Origin: Octopus vulgaris
Lineage: Eukaryota
Direction of reading: 5' to 3'
Length of the DNA: 64,000 bases
Assembly (NCBI GenBank): GCA_951406725.2
Contig: OX597816.1
Span: 172,918,001 to 172,982,000 of the forward strand
Below the pieces are notes generated by a model. The model was given only the letters and a program-made list of their open reading frames with translations. It searched no databases and was not told the origin of the DNA. Below, in pieces: positions 45,074-60,188 of this stretch (positions are counted from its first letter, which is position 1; each line of letters begins with the position of its first letter). Position numbers and translations under genes: made by a program.

Positions 45074-45683
45074 TATAGGATAATACGAACCAGAGTACTA
45101 CATGTCTAATAAACATAATGTGAGAGGCAAGGCTGGAATGTCTTGGATCCTATGTCTACGCTATTAGGGTGACTTGAGGTTAAACAACAGTAGCAACAAT
45201 ATTCTTTCATACATCGTTTCATTAAACTCAACAACAACCAGCAGAATCCCCCACCATCAGTATAACAACTACCACCACCACCACCACCACCACCACCACC
45301 ACCACCACCACTACCACTAAAACTTTAACTCACAAACCATTTACAACAGGAGTGGAACAGAACAATCAACTTGTCTAACCACAGAATCGCTCATAACGAT
45401 TAACCAGCTGCTTAATCTTTGAGTGTTCATTTATTTCACAATTGTATAGAGCACCATATTGCTTCCTTTCCCATTTCTTTCATTACCCCGCTTCTTTTGC
45501 CCTTCTTCCTTTCTATCTTAATTTCTTTCTTTTCTTTCTATCATCTTTATTCAATATCATCGTCATATTTTATCGCCAAATGAAGGAGTAAATCGTTCAT
45601 TCGTTCTTTCTTTTGTTTTGTTTATTTTATTGTTTTGTTTGTTCTATATTTGTTTTCTACTTTTGTTCTATATTTGTTTTCTA

Positions 45684-46080
45684 GGCGCAGGAGTGGCTGT
45701 GTGGTAACTAGCTTCCTTACCAACCACATGGTTCCGGGTTCAGTCCCACTGCGTGGCATCTTGGGCAAGTGTCTTCTACTATAACCTCGGGCCAACCAAT
45801 GCCTTGTGAGTGGATTTGGTAGACGGAAACTGAAAGAAGCCTGTCGTATATATGTTTATATATATAAGTGTGTGTGTCTGTGTTTGTCCCCCTAGCATTG
45901 CTTGACAACCGATGCTGGTGTGTTTACGTCCCCGTCACTTAGCGGTTCGGCAAAAGAGACCGATAGAATAAGTACTGGGCTTACAAAGAATAAATCCCGG
46001 GGTCGATTTGCTCAACTAAAGGCGGTGCTCCAGCATGGCCGCAGTCAAATGACTGAAACAAGTAAAAGAGTAAAAGAGAG
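45684..46080 (+). mobile_element. Family A SINE
   Basis: Very similar to 38163-38572. Confidence 0.92.
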
Positions 46081-46359
46081 AGTTCCTATTTCTTAATTTT
46101 ATTCATATCATTCACATGTTTATTTTATTTTATTTTTAGACAAATCTTCTTGATTTGTCTATCTTTCGTTTAACTCTCTATTTCTCTCCTTCCGCTGTTT
46201 CTTTCCCACTTTCAGCCTATCGTCTTCCCTCTTCAATTTCTGCTTTATGCTTTTTCTATCAATTCTTCCCTTCCCTTAATTTCCATTATTGGATCCTTAG
46301 TGTCTTTCTTTCTTTCTTTCTTTCTTTCTGTCACATATACGCATGCGTATGCACACACA

Positions 46360-46429
<70 letters not shown>

Positions 46430-47837
46430 TATTCAGTTCTATATTTTAGTCCCTTTTCATTTCACTACTCCATATCTGATATTTTAATTTTTCCCTTGCG
46501 TCTTTATTTCTTTCTTCATAACTTTCTTTTATCATTTGTTTCATTCAGCATCGACATCCCAACGCAGAAAACTGTCCCATACAACACACAGCAGCCTACT
46601 CTGCAACTCACATGCACAGCCATATCACAAAACCTTCTCAAAGTCACCAGAACAATTAACGATTCAGTGTGAACAAGGAGAAACTGTTTAATTAAGATAA
46701 TGTCAAAAACAAAATTATATATACAAATATAACTAAGAGACTCACAAAAAAGGGCAAAGCATTGCTTCAAACTCCCAAGATCGTTTTGTCCCACCGCCAC
46801 ACCGACTCAAAATGTGTTTGATATGGAAATAGATGGTAATATCTGCGAACATACAACGAAAATGACAATTACAAGACAAGCGCTTCTCATCAATCGTATG
46901 TGTGACTTGGTGTGTATATGTCTGTGAGTTAGTGTCAGTATATTTTATGCCTGCGCGTGTCTCCTGGTGTGATGTATATGTGTATCGTCTGTGAATGAAC
47001 ATATGCGAATGTGTCCTTGTATGGCATGCATATATATGTATGTCTGTGTGTACATATGTGTGTGTATGTGTTTACACAAATGCGTGCATGTGTGTTTGTG
47101 TGTGTGTGAACACAAATGTGTGCATGTGTGTGTGTTTCTCTAAATTTTTAGCATGTTTCTGCATATGTGCATGAGTACGCATGCGTATGTGTCATGTCAG
47201 TGTGTATATATATCTGAGTGACTGATAGGATATCATGTATGGTAATGGGTGTAGTTGAGGGATTGCATTCTTTTTGTTTGGCAGAGGGTCGTGGGATGAT
47301 TTTTCGCTGTTTCAAAGAAGACAAACCACAAAAGACGACGTCTAACATGACAATTATAGACTGAATGACGTAGAGGAGAAGTGTTGAAGTGTAGTACGCT
47401 ATTGTGTTTTATAATGAGCAGAAGAAGTGTGGAGCTGTGTTGTACTGATCTTGTTACTGCTGCTCCTGTTGTTGTTGCTGTTGCTAATAATCAAAGTTCT
47501 CTTATCAAAGCCATTCCTACAGTGATCATCCCGTTTTTCAAATCGCGCAGAGAATCAAGAACCACACCCAGCGTGTCTATTTGTAAGACGGAGGCGTGTA
47601 GTTCTGTGTGGCAGCAGTGTGGTGAAGTGTAATATGCTAAGACGATATGCAGGGTGGCGTTATAAAGTGTGCCATTAGGTAGTATACTGTTGTGCGATGT
47701 GATGTGCTGTTCCGCGGCTGTTACCAGTTGTTGTGTCGTGAATGTTATGCATTTTGCATGCTACAGTTTATAATCTAACCCCTGGTCAGCACACATCTCT
47801 GTCCAAAAGTGTTACAACCATGAACACTAGATCTAAT

Positions 47838-48485
47838 GGATGGAAGCACTCCAAACCCTGCTTGACAACCGGTGTTGGTTTGTTTACGTCTCTTTAACTG
47901 GGCGTTTCAGGGACAAAAAAGTAACCCGTCTTAGTACCTCGCTTAGAAAAAATTAAGTCCTGGAGTCGATTTGTTCGACTAAACCCTTCAAGGCGATGCT
48001 CCAGCATGGCCACAATCGAATGACTGAAACCACACATACAACAAGCCATCCACTCGTATGTGCACAGGCTTATGCACATGCATGTGTATGCACACATGTA
48101 TAGGAAGCACTCCGTCGGTTACAACGACGAGGGTTCCAGTTGATCCGAATCAATGGAACAGCCTGCTCGTGAAATTAACGTGTAAGTGGCTGAGCACTCC
48201 ACAGACACGTGTACCCTTAACGTAGTTCTCGGGGATATTCAGCGTGGCACAGAGAGTTGACAAGACCGGCCCTTTGAAATACAGGTACAACAGAAACAGG
48301 AAGTAAGAGTGAGAGAAAGTTGTGGTGAAAGAGTACAGCAGGGATCACCACCGTCCCTGCCGGAGCCTCGTGGAGCTTTAGGTGTTTTCGCTCAATAAAC
48401 ACTCACAACGTCCGGTCTGGGAATCGAAACCGCGATCCTACGACCGCGAGTCCGCTGCCCTAACCACTGGGCCATTGTGCCTCCA
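47838..48485 (-). mobile_element. Family E SINE with captured 3' flank and a second tail, 12-bp TSD
   Basis: TSD actagatctaat at 47826-47837 and 48486-48497. 47856-48102 is the reverse complement of 37745-37991. Confidence 0.9.
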
Positions 48486-48942
48486 ACTAGATCTAATATA
48501 TATATGGGCTCTCCCGTCGAAGGCGATGTATAAGTGTTCAGCTTTAGCCGAACGATCCGCACAAGGGATTCGTTTATAGTAATCAAATGTATGTGCCGTA
48601 CATTAGCTCACTTCCTCCATCAAATCAACGTTGCCTGAACAGGTGGACGGTGTACCATGCGTCAGGAGTTGAAGTGATCGCAGCGTGAGAGGAAATGCTT
48701 TGTTCAAGAATACCTATTGTCAATCATATCGTTTAACTTATATATTTAATTATTGTGCTTCTTTACATTTAGCTAGCTTGTTTTTAACTTATAACGTTCA
48801 TTTATGCATTGTATACCCTGAATTTTATATAACTTCCGTTTGTCCAACTCTGCATGTTTGTAATCCTATATTTCCATTTTGTTTCTATTGTATATAGGAA
48901 TAGTCCTTTGGCATTGCAAAAGAAATTATTATTATTATTATT

Positions 48943-49974
48943 CTATGTTTGACTTTTGCTTTATGTCTGTACAAGTTGGCTCCAAGTCTCACCCAGAGAC
49001 CTCAAGAGACAACAGGTTGGAAGTTCTGTGCCATATATTGGGGGGGGGGGTGTACTAGTGAATGTCTAATACATAAAAAATTAAAAATTAAATAAAAAAT
49101 TTTTTAAAAAGTTTGTTTTAAACCTTGGGATTACATAGAGAGTATTTTGCGTAGGATATGAGCAGTTCCCATGAGCACTATCTTTTGAATTTCTGCCACT
49201 TTGGGGTTTCCTGGTATCTGAGTTAGGTAGCAATCAGTCCCTTTCGCTATCATTCCCAGGGCACCTATGACAACAGGTATTGTTTTAGTCTTCAGCTTCC
49301 ACATTTTGCTGATTTCTATTTCAAGATCTTTATATTTGCTCAGTTTTTGGTAGGTCTTGACAGATACGTTTATATCGATTGGGTCAGTCATATCAATGAG
49401 GAGGCATGTTCTTTGTCTGAAGTCTTTCAATATGATGTCTGGCCTATTTGCATCTATCTTCCTGTCAGTTTGAATGGTGAAGTTCCAGAGGAGTGAGATG
49501 TGGTCATTTTCAAGCACTGGAGGTGGATTGTGTTCCCACCAGTTTTTTTCATGGGGCAAATCCAGGTTTTTGCAAATTACCCAGTGAATATATTGTGCAG
49601 CTCTATCATGCCTGTTGAGGTACTCTGTAGGCGCTAGAAGACTGCATTTGGAGACAACATGATCAATGGTCTCATTTTGTTGTCGGCATACACGACATGT
49701 TGGGCTACTGTCGTTCTTTATTATGTTGGCCTGGTAGTTTCTTGTTGGTAGGCATTGATCTTGAGCTGCTATGATAAACCCCTCTGTTTCAGATTTTAAG
49801 CCAGAGGCTATTAGCCATTGATGGGTCAGGGCTTTGTCGATATCTGCATTATTCGCTCTCTTTGGGTATTTGCCATAGAGAGGTTTTTCTTGCCATTTAT
49901 TATTCAGAATATCTAAGGCCGCAGTTTTGGCTCGGGTTTTCATGCGCCTAGCTTTTTCTCTGCTTGTTTCTTGT
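48943..49974 (-). mobile_element. D2 5'-truncated copy 2 (CCHC + RLE frame open, 49131-49943)
   Basis: Near-identical to 16515-17577; (TTA)n on both sides. Confidence 0.93.
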
Positions 49975-49977
49975 GCA

Positions 49978-50506
<529 letters not shown>

Positions 50507-51300
50507 CAGTAGTTTTATTTTTATAGCGTACTTTCACTTCACTACTGAGCGCAGCTCTGTGTGCCTTGGGTATGTGCTGTGATTTGTTGTGATGCTCTGA
50601 TGGTTATTGTATGGAAAGTGTTCTGCGTAGGATGTGTGCAGTGCCTAGTAGTGCAATTTTCTGTATGTTATATGTGTTTGTAAGTCCTGGTGTTTTTGTT
50701 ATGTATTTGTCTGAATATTTTTTTATCATGCCTAATGCACCTACTATGGTAGGAATTATTTCTGTTTTTAGATTCCACATTCTGGTTACCTCTATTTCCA
50801 GGTCTTTGTATTTTGAAAGTTTCTCAATTTTTTTTAGAGACACGTTGTAATCTGCTGGTATTGATACATCAATTAGATAGCATTTTTTTCCTTCATGATC
50901 TCTGACAACTATATCTGGTCTGTTGGCCTTAATTTCTCTATCTGTGTATATCGGCATATCCCAGAGTATGGTTGCTTTCTCGTTTTCTGTGACCTTTTCT
51001 GGTGTGTGCCTATACCATCTTTTTTCTGTTGTTATTCCATAATGTTGGTATAGCTTCCAGTGTATGTCGTGTCTGTGAATATATTCCTTCTTAGCCAGAA
51101 CTGGGCAGCCAGAGATAATATGATTTATTGTTTCTTGTCCATCTCCACATATTCTGCAGTTACTTGTAATATTTCTTTTCATTACATGTTTTTGGTAATT
51201 TCTGGTGGGGAGGCTTTGGTCTTGTGCTGCAATTAAAAATCCCTCTGCCTCTGCTTTGAGTCCTGAGCTTCTCAACCATTGCTGGGATTTTTCTTTGTCT
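50507..51300 (-). mobile_element. D3 5'-truncated copy 3 (CCHC + RLE)
   Basis: ORF 50604-51275: GLKAEAEGFLIAAQDQ..CRICG..HIISGC..RHD..ANRPDIVV..KYKDL. Confidence 0.93.
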
Positions 51301-51361
51301 ATTATTATTTTTCTTCTTCTTCTTCTTCTTCTTCTTTCTTCTTCTTCTTCTTCTTCTTCTT

Positions 51362-51481
<120 letters not shown>

Positions 51482-51524
51482 ATTGTTGTTGTTGTTTTGC
51501 TTTTTCTTATTCTTTTTCTCCTTC

Positions 51525-51560
<36 letters not shown>

Positions 51561-51840
51561 AGTTTTGGTTTTGCTTTAATTTATACTAGTTGCACCCAAG
51601 TTTCAACCACAGGTGTCAAGGAACAATAAGGTTTTGCATCTGAAGATATTAAAAGGTGAGACCAGAGCATGACAGCTCCTGATGATTAAGAGCTTGATCC
51701 ACATCAAGGTCCCTGATTCCAGTCAGTTATTTGCCATGGCCTTGTAGTGACGTTTACTTCCATTTCTCCTTAATATATTGGAGCCTTGTTTGTTTGGCTA
51801 TGATTTTTTATTTTATTTATTTTGATGATGATGATGATGA

Positions 51841-52394
51841 AATGCCCTGATGCAGTACCAGGCAGTGGCTCTCGTATCTAATCTTAACTGATTGGAAGTG
51901 ATATCATGTACATTGTTTTGTCTTGGTATAAAAGATGGGCTACAGCAAATATTCTGCTCAATACCACAGACTTGCTTGTCAGTTGTTTGACCTTAACAAG
52001 TTGAGCATGTCCCTTAGTGGTTGACGATATGTGCATTTCTGATCACGAGCAGAAGTAGTGGGGGAGCATCTTAGCCGTGTGTTGAGAGGGATTCTTAGAT
52101 GTTTGGATAATTCACCTCTGGAAACATGGGTGGTTCTTTCAACATCCTTAAACAACCCTTATTCAGGGACCTTTTGAGTGGGATGGGTTACTCGACCAGA
52201 AGAAAATTCTAACTGGGCCCCACCTGCAAGGTCATGTGCTGTTTATCTTGATATCGGATCACCATGTCGCGCACACATGGTTGTGATGCATGTGCCTGGT
52301 GTACCCTTATCAGATGGGTAGTCATGTTGGGTATACTGGACTTCGTATATTTTACCCCAGTGTCACTTTGATGGCATATACTGCTCTCTCACTC
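51841..52394 (+). mobile_element. Family C element, full length
   Basis: Preceded by (GAT)n and followed by (AAT)n. Confidence 0.92.
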
Positions 52395-52461
<67 letters not shown>

Positions 52462-52463
<2 letters not shown>

Positions 52464-52580
52464 TTCAGTTTACCAGGTAACTTATATTTACAAAATTTGT
52501 CAAATTCCTTTATAAATATATTTTATCAGCAGGAACACTTACATCTATTAATCTACAAGTATATTCTTCCCTGACTTCAT
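52462..52580 (-). mobile_element. Small diverged RLE-domain fragment (Dong-like)
   Basis: EEYTCRLIDVSVPADK; abuts (TTA)n. Confidence 0.6.
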
Positions 52581-52591
52581 TATTATTATTA

Positions 52592-52688
<97 letters not shown>

Positions 52689-52712
52689 CATTATTATTAT
52701 TATTAATTATTA

Positions 52713-52764
<52 letters not shown>

Positions 52765-52770
52765 CATCAT

Positions 52771-52827
<57 letters not shown>

Positions 52828-53871
52828 TATTAAGGTTGAAAGCTGGCAGAATCGTTAAAGTGTTAGACAAAAAGCTTAGCGACATTTTCCCTAACTTTTT
52901 ACGTTCTGATTTCAAATCCTACCTTTTATTTTTGGGAGTCGATTAAAAGGAAGTATGAGTCAAGTACTGGAGTTAATAGTACTGGAGTTATTAATGTCTT
53001 ACCTTCAAACGATTCTGGCTTTGACTCATCATCGTCGTCGTCGTCGTTGCTTGCAGGCGTCGTTGTTTATAGTTAGTGTCTGCATGAATAACTAGGCCCT
53101 TTCAAAGGCGATGCGGAACAAAAAGACTCAGCTATATGTGTGGCAGTAAGATCCAATTGAGGGCCTACTGCCCAGAAATGAAAAAGAAGGGGTTTGTGGC
53201 GACAGATTGATGCAGAGGTAAAGACAATAGCTGATTTGGGAAAACAGCGCTGTTGTTTCCACTGGTAGAACGGAGACATATACAAACGGAATCGCTTAGT
53301 TCTCAGAGGCACCAGCACCAGAGTCCATCCTGGAAGCATCTGAGAAGCCAAATGGTTCCCAACCCCCACCCAACCAGAGACAGACAGATTCTCAGCAGCA
53401 GTTCTTCTTCACAGTTTTATGGCGATGAGAGTGGATGGGTAAAATGGTACATGGAGAAGAGTAGAAAACCACACGTAGCTGTAAAAATGTGAAGATGAAG
53501 AAAAGAAAAGACATGGGCCTACTCTAAAATCAAGAAGGCTATTCGAAATCGGGTAGAAAGCCGTACTCAGTGTGAATTAAGCACAGAACGGTGAAACATT
53601 GAAATATAGCTAACAATATGGATCGTAATGATGATGACCACGGTGATCAGGACAATGATGAAGTTGTGGGGTGAAGTATATCTTTGATGATATGGTGAGT
53701 ATCCATATTTGTTTTGGGCACAAGCTTTTTAACATGTCTGTTACGCTTTGGCCATACCCCAATAGAGGTGTGTGCGTGCATGCGTATTTGTGTGTGTGTT
53801 ATAGACCCATATGCATAATAACTTCCTTTTCAATGGCTCATATTGTTTGTATGGGCTCTTGTGACCAATAA

Positions 53872-54296
<425 letters not shown>

Positions 54297-54522
54297 TGAA
54301 TCTCACAAGGAAACTTCGAAAGCTTCATAAAACGTAACCTTTGACCGTCTCCTGCGCTCTAAAGCTTACTACGTCTCTTCTTGAACTCTTCGAATAGGAG
54401 AGACACATCCCACTTTCTTTCCTTTCTATGTTAGTTTCGTTTTGTTTTTTGTTGCTCTTTTCTTTTTCGCATTTTCTTAAGTGAGGCCTTGTTCTCAGTG
54501 ACATTTAGCAAATACATTTGGT

Positions 54523-54832
<310 letters not shown>

Positions 54833-56249
54833 AACGCGTTTATTAACACGCTCGAATCTAACAACTACATCACTGCCACCATTACCACAGCCACAATCAT
54901 CATTATCACCATTATCATCATTATCATCATCATCGTCGCTGTCATCATCATCATCATCATCATCATCGTCATCATCATCATCCCTTCGACTAGTGTTATA
55001 CATATCAACATCGTATCCACAGATGCTACCACGCCACCACTACCGCCACAGCCATAATCAACACAAGTACTACATCCAACATCACTTCTTCGTTTCCATC
55101 ACCACCACCACTCTACTCCCAACAAGCCCTTCGCCACCCTTACAACTGCTACAAACAATAACAACAGCAACACCATAACAGGCACACCACTATTTTAACT
55201 ACTAAAACGTCGACGACGTCAGTGAGATGCTGTAGAAGATGAGAATTATCAATCAATATATTCATGACCGATTAAAATGAATCGATTTAATAAGACATGA
55301 AACATACCCTAAGGGAATGCATATTGTCTTGTCTTGAAACGGCCATTTTGCTCTACTCTCTGCTAGTCATTCATATCTTAAACGGACAGTTTTTGTCTTA
55401 TGCATCTTTATATTCTGTTTTACTCATCCTTTTATTCACTCATTTGCTCATTACAATTACTCTTTTGCTCATTCACTCAATTTTTCATTCATTTATTCAT
55501 ATATTCAATTATTCCATTTCCCTTGTCGTCTGTCTTTTGTCGTTTCAGTAAATAATTTCAATTCTGCTTCTTTATATTTCCTTTTTATTCATTCACTTAT
55601 TTACACATTTGCTCATTCAAATCAATCCTTCTGTCGCCCATACAAAGTTTCTTTCACTTATTCCTTTCTTAATCCGCTACTTATCTAATCTTTTAGGAAC
55701 TCCTTCTATTTCATTCTATTTCATAAAACGTTTCAATAGGTAGATTTTCTCAGTCGTATTTCACTCATTCACTCGTCAAATTACACCCTTTCCTTCAAAC
55801 TCATTTTCCCGCAATTCTTTATTAATTTATTAATAAGAATTATAAAATAATGATTATTTTCTCCTACTTCTTTATTTGTCTTTTATGCTTCAACATGAGA
55901 TTTTCTTCTCAATTTTTTATACTTCACAACTCATTCTATTCACATATTTCTTCACTCCGCTTATTACTTTAATCATTATCACTCATTTGACATTTATATT
56001 TTTTAATTTTAGTTGGTATTTTCATTTCTTCCAGGATTTTATCATTAAAATCACTGTTTTAATCATTCACTCAAATTTTCTTTTATTTATTGATTCCTTT
56101 AACTCATTTTATTTACCTCCATTCTTTTTATATTTCATTTCTGTATATATGTATGTATGTGTGTGTATATGTATATATGTTATCTTTAAATTGTTTCAGT
56201 TTCAAAGCTGCTGCCATGCTGGGACACCACCGTTCACAATGCTACACCA

Positions 56250-56545
56250 TTATTTGTAACCTCCTCTGATATGTGGCATTTGGTGAATGAGGGAGTTTGA
56301 TGCTGCTGTCCTCAACTGTGTTTCCTGCCATGAAGTAGGCTCATCTGGAACCCTTGACAGAAGGAGATCCAGTTTTGTTTTGAGGACACCTACATCCACA
56401 CCATGCAGGTCCCTCGGGCATTCTGGAAGAATATTGAAGAGTTGTGGGTCCTTGAAACCCAAGATGTTGCAGTTCCTGGTCCTGTATTTTGATGATATTG
56501 CTAGGATCTTTGGCACTACACAGTGACGCTCCGCTCTGCTGTTTG
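56250..56545 (-). mobile_element. 3' end of a CR1/L2-group LINE
   Basis: NILGFKDPQLFNILP..RDLHGVDVGVLKTKLDLLLSRVPDEP..AASNSL, a typical C-terminus of this LINE group. Confidence 0.7.
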
Positions 56546-56557
56546 TGTAACTTGTGG

Positions 56558-56604
<47 letters not shown>

Positions 56605-56609
<5 letters not shown>

Positions 56610-56924
56610 TTAACGTTTTGGCGTTCAGACGAGTGTACTGGCATAGATGTGGCAACATATGAAATTTTGTCTAGGTATATGCAGCTGATGAGGACAAATC
56701 AAATCTATGTTGTCAAACGTATTTGAAGAGTCTGAAACCGGTATTTCATTATCCGATTCTAGGTTTTCCATTTTTCAGATGTTCTTCCTAGAGGTAAGAC
56801 AATTTTTTTTCATGTTTGTTGCACACACGCTTCTTTGCTAATATATACGCAGTAAAGCTATACAATAGCGTCGTATTTATTACGATTGCTATTTTCCAGT
56901 AAATATCGGTGCCTCGTTTATTTA

Positions 56925-56930
<6 letters not shown>
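56605..56930 (+). mobile_element. Probable PLE pseudo-LTR in (TA)n with a hammerhead motif (56679-56749)
   Basis: atgcag-CTGATGA-ggac...gtct-GAAA-ccgg-TA-tttcat; (TA)n on both flanks. Confidence 0.65.
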
Positions 56931-56959
<29 letters not shown>

Positions 56960-57885
56960 ACTAATTTTTTTATCTCGCGAGTGGAGTAGATCCATGCCTC
57001 GTTTTACAGAAGTAGTCACATTACGTGAAATAAATGAACGCGCACCATCCAAGTGTACAACCAAATCTACTGTCTTTCAGTACTTTCTACCATTTTTCTA
57101 TTTTCAAGTAGACAGTGCTTATCTGAAGGTGTATGTCTTTGGTATAAGTATTCTACAAATACTTTGATAGGTACCCCATTTTTGGCTATTAATTAAACGT
57201 AGGCGTTGTCTGTTTGATCAGTGACAAATGTTGACAGTCGCCATGTTAATGTTAAATTCAAAGTTCAATGCTAATTTGTCATCATTTCGTACATCTCCTC
57301 TCGTTGCCATTATTGTGTGTCTGATAAATTTTTGTTCAATTTCTTTGCTGAAATTAAAGTATTCATTAGCAAAGCATTCGTTTTTGTAATGTAGCCGTAT
57401 GAGGTCCTTTACCTTTGGAAATCTTTTTCACCTGTAGGCCCAGACTCACGATTAGAATGTTGTCACTTTTAAAATGTTTGGCTCACGTGACCATCATGTG
57501 ACACAGTAAGTACGTAAAACTTGTTACCCGCAAAACAACACGAATGCTCTCTTACTATTTCCAAATTTCATTCACAATGTTTTGTTTGGTCAACTCGGGA
57601 CTGTAGCAAAAGATATTGCCAAGAGAATGTCTTTGCCACACAGCAATTGCCTTGCCCACACGTTTTCATTTCTTTATTTCTTCATCACCTTAACCACTTG
57701 CTCTACCTTTTATTCCTCCACAATCATCCCCTTGTCCCAGCAAACACTTCCAGTTTTCAATTGATACCCACCGAACATCAAAAAACTCATTTAAACATTA
57801 CATAACCACCGCCAGGCATACTTTGCAGTGTCTAATTTTGCCATTCTGATTTCAAATCCCACCTAAACCGACTTTAATTTTCTCT

Positions 57886-57945
<60 letters not shown>

Positions 57946-58014
57946 ATCTCTTCCCTTCTCTCAATATGTATATATTTATATGTATGTAAAGATATGCATG
58001 TGTGTGTGTGTGTC

Positions 58015-58537
58015 GCTATTCAGTTTTATCCCAAGATTTCTTGCCAAAAAAGAAAGAGTTGGTTTCTAGCTTAGATCCAAGGCTCCTTTATTGGAATTTC
58101 AACAACATCATCAGGGTATTTTTATATGTATGTATTTGTGCAGGATTGTATGTTTTGTTTTATGTATGTATTCTCATTCACATAGATGTATGTCTGTATA
58201 TGCTCATATTTACTTAAATGATAAACTTCTGGAAAGTTTTACAGATTTTTACAGTTCCAGTGATTTATTGGATTTGTAGTCTTCAAATCAGCTTTCTCCT
58301 TTCTGGTTTTGAGAACCCTAATTTCTCAAGATTGGTATTTAGGCAGTACGTTACATATCACAGTGCCCCAATAATTACAGGTATAAACTTAAACTTGTAA
58401 TCTGGATAGAGCAACTGTAGATTTCTCAATAGTTCAGCGTATTTTCTTTTTCGCTGATCTTCAGCTTTATATTAACATCCGCTGAGCAGCTGATTTCCAC
58501 AGCTGTGCACAGTTTCTCTTCTCTATTCCAAATCACT
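58015..58537 (-). mobile_element. RLE retrotransposon family D4, 3' fragment abutting (CATA)n
   Basis: Homologous to 62860-63167; 5' junction at the (TATG)n block starting 58538. Confidence 0.85.
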
Positions 58538-59106
58538 ATGTATGTATGTATGTATGTATGTATGTATGTATGTATGTATGTATGTATGTATGTATGTATG
58601 TATGTATGTATGTATGTATGTATGTATGCATGTATGTATGTATGTGTGTATGTATTATGTACGTATGTATGTACGTATGTATGTATGTATGTGTGTGTGT
58701 ATGTGTGTATGTATGTGTGTATGTATGTATGTATGTATGTATGTATGTGTGTATGTATGTATGTATGTGTGTGTATGTGTGTATGTATGTATGTACGTAT
58801 GTATGTATGTATGTATGTATGTATGTATGTATGTGTGTGTGTATGTGTGTATGTATGTGTGTATGTATGTATGTATGTATGTGTGTATGTATGTGTGTAT
58901 GTATGTGTGTATGTATGTATGTATGTATGTGTGTATGTATGTATGTATGTATGTATGTATGTGTGTGTATGTATGTATGTATGTATGTTTGCATGTATGT
59001 ATATATGTATGTATGCATGTATGCATGTATGTATGCATGTATGTATGTATGTATGTATGTATGTATGTATGTATGTATGTATGTATGTATGTATGTATGT
59101 ATGTAT
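58538..59106. repeat. (TATG)n microsatellite block
   Basis: Direct inspection. Confidence 0.95.
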
Positions 59107-59518
59107 GATTATCTCTCAGTTCCTGAAATATCCGTGAAGTCAGTCTCACTAGCCCAAATAATAATTATTCTTTTAAACTTTTACTGTTTCCAGTCTCTGG
59201 ACTGCAACAAGGTTTTTCGTCAATCACTTAATCTCCTCCACACATTTCGGTCTTTTTCTAAATTTACCGCCCTCTAATTATCGGATGGTGAAGGTACTTT
59301 TTGGTTTGAAGGAGCACAACTCGATATACGAACACTCACCCTGCCCCTTCCCACATATTTACAAATACATGAGTGTGTGTGTGTGTGTGTGTGTGTGAGA
59401 AAGAGAGAGACAGAGTGTGAAGATTCTAACAGGAAAACCACTACACAGGATATATATATGTATGTATGCATGTATGTATGAATGTATGTATGTATGTATG
59501 TATATATGTATATATGTA

Positions 59519-59656
<138 letters not shown>

Positions 59657-59661
59657 TATTC

Positions 59662-59694
<33 letters not shown>

Positions 59695-60148
59695 TATATT
59701 AATCTTGTGTAGTTATATTATCGCCATTTTGATATTTACCATCAAAGTTCCAAAGTTAACTGAACTACCAAATCGTATATAGATGGCGCTACATTTATTC
59801 AAGCAGAGCTAATCATGGCTACTCAACAGCATCATCATCATCATCATCAACATCACCATAACCACAAAAACCACTACCACCACCACCACCACCACCACCA
59901 CCACCACTACTACCACCACGACTACCATCACCATCATCACCATCATTATCATCATCACCATCATCATCATCGTCGTCATCCTCGTCGTCGTCGTCGTCAT
60001 TATCATCGTCATCATCATCATCATCATCATCAATAATAACATCAACAATAGCAACAACAGCGAAACAATACAGAGAGCCAATTATCTTTTTGAAATAGAA
60101 TTCACAGAAATACATCAAAGAGTTATTTTATAACTACAGAAGGATTTG

Positions 60149-60188
<40 letters not shown>

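Noticed and set aside
51841-51915. HDV-like ribozyme at the family C 5' end
   Set aside because: Hairpins are present, but I could not assemble the nested double pseudoknot by eye; left as a test only.
53073-53600. Complex segment with short ORFs as an exon
   Set aside because: Stops interrupt the frames and no motif is recognisable; probably a decayed TE but unassignable.
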